The notes below the pieces were generated by a model. That model searched no databases, was not told the DNA's origin, and saw only the letters and a list, made by a program, of their open reading frames with translations. Below are positions 58,873 through 64,000 of a stretch of DNA of 64,000 bases, piece by piece; the first letter of the stretch is position 1, and each line of letters starts with the position of its first letter. This DNA is from an uncultured Chloroflexia bacterium (GTDB lineage Bacteria; Chloroflexota; Dehalococcoidia; DSTF01; JALHUB01): NCBI GenBank assembly GCA_963703345.1, contig OY969814.1:1-64000 (forward strand). The letters run 5' to 3'. Made by a program: the position numbers and the translations under genes.

Positions 58873-60555
58873 CTACATCTGCTCCGGCGCGCTTATCGCC
58901 ATCAGCGAGAGCGTCCGGGCCAGCGTCACCTTCGCAGCCTCCACCAGCTTCAGGCGCGCCTTCGTCAGCGGAACGTCGTCGGTCACGACGCGGCATTTCT
59001 CGTAGAAGTCGTGGAAGACGGTGGCCAGCTCCAGCGCGTAGTGCGTCAAGTGATGCGGCTCCCGCGTGCGCGCCATCAGCTCTACGAGCTCCGGCAGGCG
59101 GAGCATCTTGCGAATCAGCGCCAGCTCCGCCGGATGCGTTAGACGCGCCACATCGCCGTCGGCGTGGTCGACGCCGCGCTCGCGCCCGAGGTTGAGGATG
59201 CCGCAGATGCGGGCGTGAGCGTACTGGACGTAGTAGACGGGGTTCTCGGTGCTCTGCCGCTTGGCCAGATCGAGGTCGAAGTCGACGGTGGCGTCGGCGG
59301 AGCGCGTGAGGAAGAAGAAACGGCAGGCGTCGGCGCCCACCTCGTCCAGCACCTCGCGCAAAGTAATGATGTCGCCGGCGCGCTTTGAGATGCGGACGAC
59401 TTCGCCGCCGCGCCTGAGCGTGACGAGTTGCCCGATGATAACGTCCAGCCGCGCCGGGTCGACGCCCATGGCGGAAAGCGCCGCCTTCAGCCGCGAAACG
59501 TGACCCTGGTGGTCGGCGCCCCAGATGTTGACCACCTGGTCGAAGCCGCGAACCAGGAACTTATCGTAGTGGTAGGCGATGTCAGAGGCGAAGTAGGTGG
59601 GATTGCCGGTGGAGCGGACGAGAACGTTGTCCTTGTCCTCGCCGAGAGCGCTGCTGGTGAACCAGACCGCCCCCTCCTTCTGCGTGACGTAGCCCTTCTC
59701 CCGCAGGAGGGCCATCGCCTTCTCGTAGCGACTGTCCGGGCCGTAGAGGGTCGATTCGCGGAACCAGGCATCGTAGCGGACGCGCATGGCGGCCAGGTCG
59801 GCGGCGATGGCGTCGAGCATCTTGTTGAGGCCGATAGTGCGGAACTCCGGCGGCGGGTCCGGCCCGAACTCCCGCGGCCCGAGAAAGCGGTCGCCGTGCT
59901 CCTTGCGGATCTCCTCCGCCAGCTCGACTACGTATTCACCGGGATAGCCGTCGGGCGGTATTTCCGCGGGGACGCCGAATAGCTGCTGATAGCGGGCGTA
60001 CAGCGTGCGGGCGAAGATCTCCACCTGCGTCAGCATGTCGTTGACAAAGTACTCCTGCAACACGTCGTAGCCGGCGGCCGAGAGGATGTTGGCCAGCGTG
60101 CTGCCGATTGCCGCCCAGCGTCCGTTGCCGACGTGCAGCGGCCCCGTGGGATTAGCGCTGACGTATTCGACCTGGACTCTTCGCCCTTCGCCCAGGGGCA
60201 GCGAGCCGAAGCTGCCGCCGGCGGCGCGTATCTCGTCGACCTGGCGGGCCAGCCAGCCTTCGCTGAGACGGAAGTTGATGAATCCCGGCGGCGCGACGCT
60301 GACGTCGCCGATGGCCTCATGCGGCCTTATGTGGCGGGCGATCTCCGTGGCGAGTTCCAGCGGCTTGGCGCCGGCGGCCCGCGCCAGGCGAAGCGCGATA
60401 CTGGAAGCGTAGTCACCGTGGTCCGGACGCTGCGGGCGCTCTAGCTCCACCTCCGGCAGCGCCACCGACGGTAGCTTGCCCTCTTCCCGCGCCGCATGCG
60501 CCGCTTCCGAGACCAGCCTTTCGATTTCCTGTCGAATCATGGCCTGCTCAGGCAT
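58873..60555 (-). CDS. argS: Arginine--tRNA ligase
   Basis: HGDY, PGFINF, EYVSANPTGPLHVG, GADH.G, ISKR.G, NPVYYVQYAHAR. Confidence 0.98.
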   Translation of the reverse strand: MPEQAMIRQEIERLVSEAAHAAREEGKLPSVALPEVELERPQRPDHGDYASSIALRLARAAGAKPLELATEIARHIRPHEAIGDVSVAPPGFINFRLSEGWLARQVDEIRAAGGSFGSLPLGEGRRVQVEYVSANPTGPLHVGNGRWAAIGSTLANILSAAGYDVLQEYFVNDMLTQVEIFARTLYARYQQLFGVPAEIPPDGYPGEYVVELAEEIRKEHGDRFLGPREFGPDPPPEFRTIGLNKMLDAIAADLAAMRVRYDAWFRESTLYGPDSRYEKAMALLREKGYVTQKEGAVWFTSSALGEDKDNVLVRSTGNPTYFASDIAYHYDKFLVRGFDQVVNIWGADHQGHVSRLKAALSAMGVDPARLDVIIGQLVTLRRGGEVVRISKRAGDIITLREVLDEVGADACRFFFLTRSADATVDFDLDLAKRQSTENPVYYVQYAHARICGILNLGRERGVDHADGDVARLTHPAELALIRKMLRLPELVELMARTREPHHLTHYALELATVFHDFYEKCRVVTDDVPLTKARLKLVEAAKVTLARTLSLMAISAPEQM

Positions 60556-60643
60556 CGGCTCCCCTCTCTCAAGTCGAGTCGCGCCTGCCTACCGGCTGGG
60601 CCCTCTCGACGGCAGGCACGCGCGAACGAACAACAGTGAGGTA

Positions 60644-61567
60644 TTATACTCTGCCGCGCTCGGACTGGCTAACCACCTCGATCGATTCGTCCTGCGTGCG
60701 CGGCTCCCAGAGCGACTCCAGGACGATCCACTGCCCCGGGTCCTGCCGCACGTACTTCTCGATAGCGGCGACGATCTTGAGCGTGTTAGCGCGGACGTCC
60801 TCTTCGTGCTTGCCCGTGGCCACCATCTCCAGCGGCGGCTCGGCGAACACGTCGAAGCAGCCACCTTTCGTCCGGCGACAGAACATCGGTATCACAACGG
60901 CGCCGGTTCGCAGCGCCAGCTCCGCCGCGCCGGTGGGCACGCGCGTCTCTTCGCCGAAGAATGGGAGCATGATGCCGGAGTTCTGGATATCGCGGTCGCA
61001 CAGCAGCGGCAGAACCCCGCCGTCGCGCAACCAGCGGATCGCTTCCCGCACCGCTGACAGGCTCATGGGGCGGTAGACCTGTCCGTGGGCCGCGCGCAGC
61101 CTATGCACCAGGTCGGAAAGGCGCTGCGGCTGCAGCGGCTCCGTAAGGGAGAACGTTGGGATGCCCATCGCGACGGCGCACTGAAGAACGATCTCAGGGT
61201 TCGCGTAATGAGCGCTGACTACGATGACGCCGCGTCCGGTCGCGATCGCCTCCTTCAGCTCATCGAGGGCGGAGACCACACTTATGCGCTCCCGGAAGAA
61301 ACGGCTGATGTCGATGCGCGGGCCGCGGACGAGGTCGGCGTAGTAGCGGGCGGCGTTGCGCATGACGCGTCGCGCGGCGGCCCTCACGTCGCCGGCGGGG
61401 GCATCGGCGCCCATGACGTGGCGCATGTTCCTCTGGACGTTTCGTCGCAGGCCCGGGCGGAGGTAGTACATAGCGGTGCCGACGCAATCGGCGATGAAAT
61501 AGGCGGCGGGCGTGGGCAGCCAGCTCAGGAACCAATACGAGAAGAGCAGGGCGACGTACTTGAACAT
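60644..61567 (-). CDS. Lysophospholipid/LpxL-PatA-type acyltransferase
   Basis: SAHYANPE, L.DRD, FFG.....P.G...LA.RTGA, P.QW. Confidence 0.85.
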   Translation of the reverse strand: MFKYVALLFSYWFLSWLPTPAAYFIADCVGTAMYYLRPGLRRNVQRNMRHVMGADAPAGDVRAAARRVMRNAARYYADLVRGPRIDISRFFRERISVVSALDELKEAIATGRGVIVVSAHYANPEIVLQCAVAMGIPTFSLTEPLQPQRLSDLVHRLRAAHGQVYRPMSLSAVREAIRWLRDGGVLPLLCDRDIQNSGIMLPFFGEETRVPTGAAELALRTGAVVIPMFCRRTKGGCFDVFAEPPLEMVATGKHEEDVRANTLKIVAAIEKYVRQDPGQWIVLESLWEPRTQDESIEVVSQSERGRV

Positions 61568-61582
61568 CGGCCTCTCGCCTGC

Positions 61583-62494
61583 TCAGGGCCCGGAGGCCAG
61601 CGCCGTCTCGGTGTGCGCCGCCTTGGAGTTACGGTCCCACATGTCGTGGAAGATGAACCACTGGTTGGGGTCCAGGCGAATGAGCCGCTCCAGGGAGGTC
61701 ATGATGGCCTGCGTCAGGCGGCGGACGTCTTCTTCTTCGTCGCCCGACTTCTCGAAATTGAGGTCGAAGTCGATGATGGGGCGAATCAGCTTCTCTTCTC
61801 CCTTGACGCGCAGCATGATGCCCGGCATGGGGCGGGCGCCGCTCCTCAGGGCGAGGCGCGCCGGACCGACGGGGACTTCCGTCGGCGCGCCGAAGAAGTT
61901 GACCCGAACGGTGCCGCCGGGCTCCGGCACGTCGATGAGCAGCGCCAGGATTTCGCCGCGCCGCAACGCCCTGATTATGCTCGGCCCGACTTTCTCCATC
62001 GGCGTCACCTTCATCCCGAGATGACGGCGGGAGCTCTGCACGAGTGTGTTCATCGCCGGATGGGGGAAGGTCTCAGCGATGACGTTGACGGGGAAGCCGT
62101 AAGCCGAGAGGCCGGCCGCGCCCATGTCCCAGTTGCCGTAGTGCAGGGTGATGAAGATCACGCCTTTCTTCTCAGCCATGACGGCGTTGATGCGGTCCAG
62201 CTCCTCGTCGAAGACGATGCGGCGGCGAACCTCCTCCGGCGTTGAATCAAGGAAGTGGATGAAGTCGATGACGTACTTGCCGAAGTTGCGGAAGGAGCTG
62301 CGGGCGGCCAGGCTTATCGCGTTCTCGTCGTCGGTATCCAGAACGCGGGCCATGGCTGCCTTGAGGGCACGGCGCTTGCCGAAGAAGAAGACGTAGCACA
62401 CATCGGCGATGACGCGGGCGAAGAAGTATCCGACTTCAGGCGGGAGGGGACGCCCCAGCAGGATGATGAGGCGAAACAGCCAGTAAACGATCAT
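61583..62494 (-). CDS. Lysophospholipid/LpxL-PatA-type acyltransferase
   Basis: [12 protein letters not shown].....P.GPA.LA..SGA, P.QW; ATG 62494 overlaps the ino1 stop. Confidence 0.87.
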   Translation of the reverse strand: MIVYWLFRLIILLGRPLPPEVGYFFARVIADVCYVFFFGKRRALKAAMARVLDTDDENAISLAARSSFRNFGKYVIDFIHFLDSTPEEVRRRIVFDEELDRINAVMAEKKGVIFITLHYGNWDMGAAGLSAYGFPVNVIAETFPHPAMNTLVQSSRRHLGMKVTPMEKVGPSIIRALRRGEILALLIDVPEPGGTVRVNFFGAPTEVPVGPARLALRSGARPMPGIMLRVKGEEKLIRPIIDFDLNFEKSGDEEEDVRRLTQAIMTSLERLIRLDPNQWFIFHDMWDRNSKAAHTETALASGP

Positions 62495-63567
62495 GCCTTG
62501 CTCTTGGCGATGAACTCCTCCACCATTGCCCGCGCGCGGTCGTCCGTGTACTGCTTGGGCGGCGACTTCATGAAGTAGGAAGAGGGACCCACCAGCGCTC
62601 CCGATATCCCGCGGTCGAGCGCGAGCTTGCAACAGCGGATAGCATCGATGACGACGCCGGCGGAGTTGGGGCTGTCCCACACTTCCAGCTTGAGCTCCAG
62701 GTTGAGCGGCACGTTCCCGAACGTCGTCCCTTCCATGCGTATGTGGCACCACTTGCGGTCGAGCAGCCAGGGAATGTAGTCGCTGGGGCCGACGTGGATG
62801 TCGTCGGCCGGCATCTCGTAGTCGAGCTGCGACGTAACGGCGTTAGTCTTGGAGATCTTCTTCGATTCCAGACGCTCGCGCTCCAGCATATTGAGGAAGT
62901 CGGTGTTGCCGCCGAAGTTGAGCTGGTACATTCGGTCGATGCGGACGCCGCGGTCGCGGAAAAGGCGCGTGAGCACGCGGTGAGTGATCGTCGCGCCTAC
63001 CTGCGACTTGACGTCGTCGCCGATAACGGGGAGGTTGCGCTCCTTGAAGCGGCTCTGCCAGTAAGGTTCGCGCGCGATGAACACGGGTATGCAGTTGATG
63101 AGGCCGCAGCCCGCGGTCAGCACCTGCTCGACGTACCACTTCGTCGCTTCCTCGCTGCCGACCGGCAGGTAGTTGAGGACGACGTGCGTCTCAGTGTCAC
63201 GCAGGATGCCGACGATGTCGTCGGTTGGGCCCGGCGCCTTCTTGATGATCTGTGAGAGGTACTTGCCCAGGCCGTCGTGGACCATGCCGCGATGGACGCG
63301 CACGCCCATCGCAGGCACGTCGGCGAACTTGAACGTGTTGTTGGGCGCCGTATAAATGGCCTCCGAGAGGTCCTTGCCGACCTTGTTGGCGTCGATATCG
63401 AAGGCGGCGACGAAGTTGACGTCGCCGATGTGGTAACCGCCGAGGTTGGGGTGCATTATGCCGGGGATCGTCTTGTCGTCACCGGCGTCGCGGTAGAAGT
63501 GGACGCCCTGGACAAGGGAGGAGGCGCAGTTGCCCACGCCGATGATGGCCACGTTTATCTTTCCCAC
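62491..63567 (-). CDS. ino1: myo-inositol-1-phosphate synthase
   Basis: [59 protein letters not shown]. Confidence 0.96.
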   Translation of the reverse strand: MGKINVAIIGVGNCASSLVQGVHFYRDAGDDKTIPGIMHPNLGGYHIGDVNFVAAFDIDANKVGKDLSEAIYTAPNNTFKFADVPAMGVRVHRGMVHDGLGKYLSQIIKKAPGPTDDIVGILRDTETHVVLNYLPVGSEEATKWYVEQVLTAGCGLINCIPVFIAREPYWQSRFKERNLPVIGDDVKSQVGATITHRVLTRLFRDRGVRIDRMYQLNFGGNTDFLNMLERERLESKKISKTNAVTSQLDYEMPADDIHVGPSDYIPWLLDRKWCHIRMEGTTFGNVPLNLELKLEVWDSPNSAGVVIDAIRCCKLALDRGISGALVGPSSYFMKSPPKQYTDDRARAMVEEFIAKSKA

Positions 63568-63772
63568 GTTACACACTCCAGGAATCAGCCGGCGTGCTCA
63601 GGTCCATCTCAGCCCATCCCTCGGCAGTGCCGCTCCCGATCGCCGGCAGTGGGGAAAGCGGGACGGCCCGCTGCATTCTATCAATAGCGGCCGTTCACCG
63701 GCAAGCGAAAGGAAGACGAGGATTGTTCGCGAGAATACCGATGAAAGAGCAGGCCGACGGGCGTGAAGGGCG

Positions 63773-64000
63773 TTAGATGGCCCAGCGCGAACGCGCCATC
63801 TCGCGCTCTTCTCTCGCCAGCGTCAGGTTGTGACGGGCGCGACCGACGAGCGCTTCCGCCCCCTGCTCGTGCTCCATGATGGAGGCGACGCCAATGGAGA
63901 CGCCGATGGGAAAGCTGAGCGGCCGGCCTTCGAGGACCAGCGTCGTGGATGGGCCGTCGAGATACTGCCGTACACGCTCGGCGAAGGCCTCGGCCCCGTC
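63773..64000 (-). CDS. C-terminal end of a GGDEF-like domain protein (runs off the window)
   Basis: A..FAERVRQ...VSIGVAS.....AEALV.RA...L..AR. Confidence 0.6.
   Translation of the reverse strand, partial: DGAEAFAERVRQYLDGPSTTLVLEGRPLSFPIGVSIGVASIMEHEQGAEALVGRARHNLTLAREEREMARSRWAI

Overview
GC-rich bacterial chromosome segment. Gene style suggests Chloroflexota, probably Dehalococcoidia-like (inference from the short EF-Ts, the ino1/acyltransferase cluster, the Ig-tailed PBP and the VGG-type tail). Bases 1-8.5 kb look like the right end of a genomic island: PadR, a broken DUF169-like gene, VKOR, ChrA, DUF134/DUF5320/NifX, TetR-rhodanese-AhpD and ICMT, ending in an orphan 3' half of tRNA-Gly(CCC) at 8436-8481. 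Next come hemerythrin/ALDH/SRPBCC, a PAS-PAS-GGDEF-GAF-HD-GYP protein, a methyltransferase-PBP1A-KimA-Get3/ArsA operon, gatCA, a 19-repeat YVTN beta-propeller surface protein with variable loops, nadA-VOC-nadB-nadC under an NrtR-type box, an L,D-transpeptidase and dtd. The core blocks rpsB-tsf-pyrH-frr-uppS-cdsA-dxr-rseP-ispG-proS and nusA-ylxR-infB-rbfA-truB follow, then argS and ino1 with two acyltransferases. Two solitary foreign-looking genes (a P-loop ATPase and a Zn-finger/HEPN-motif protein) interrupt core operons. The most notable observations are: three essential genes (gatA, uppS, infB) apparently needing near-cognate start codons; a promoter plus a 14-bp antisense copy next to the tRNA fragment; the diversified propeller and its tail; and an unannotated 46-aa zinc-ribbon gene with a structured leader. 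All family calls come from motif recognition by eye; no database search was run.
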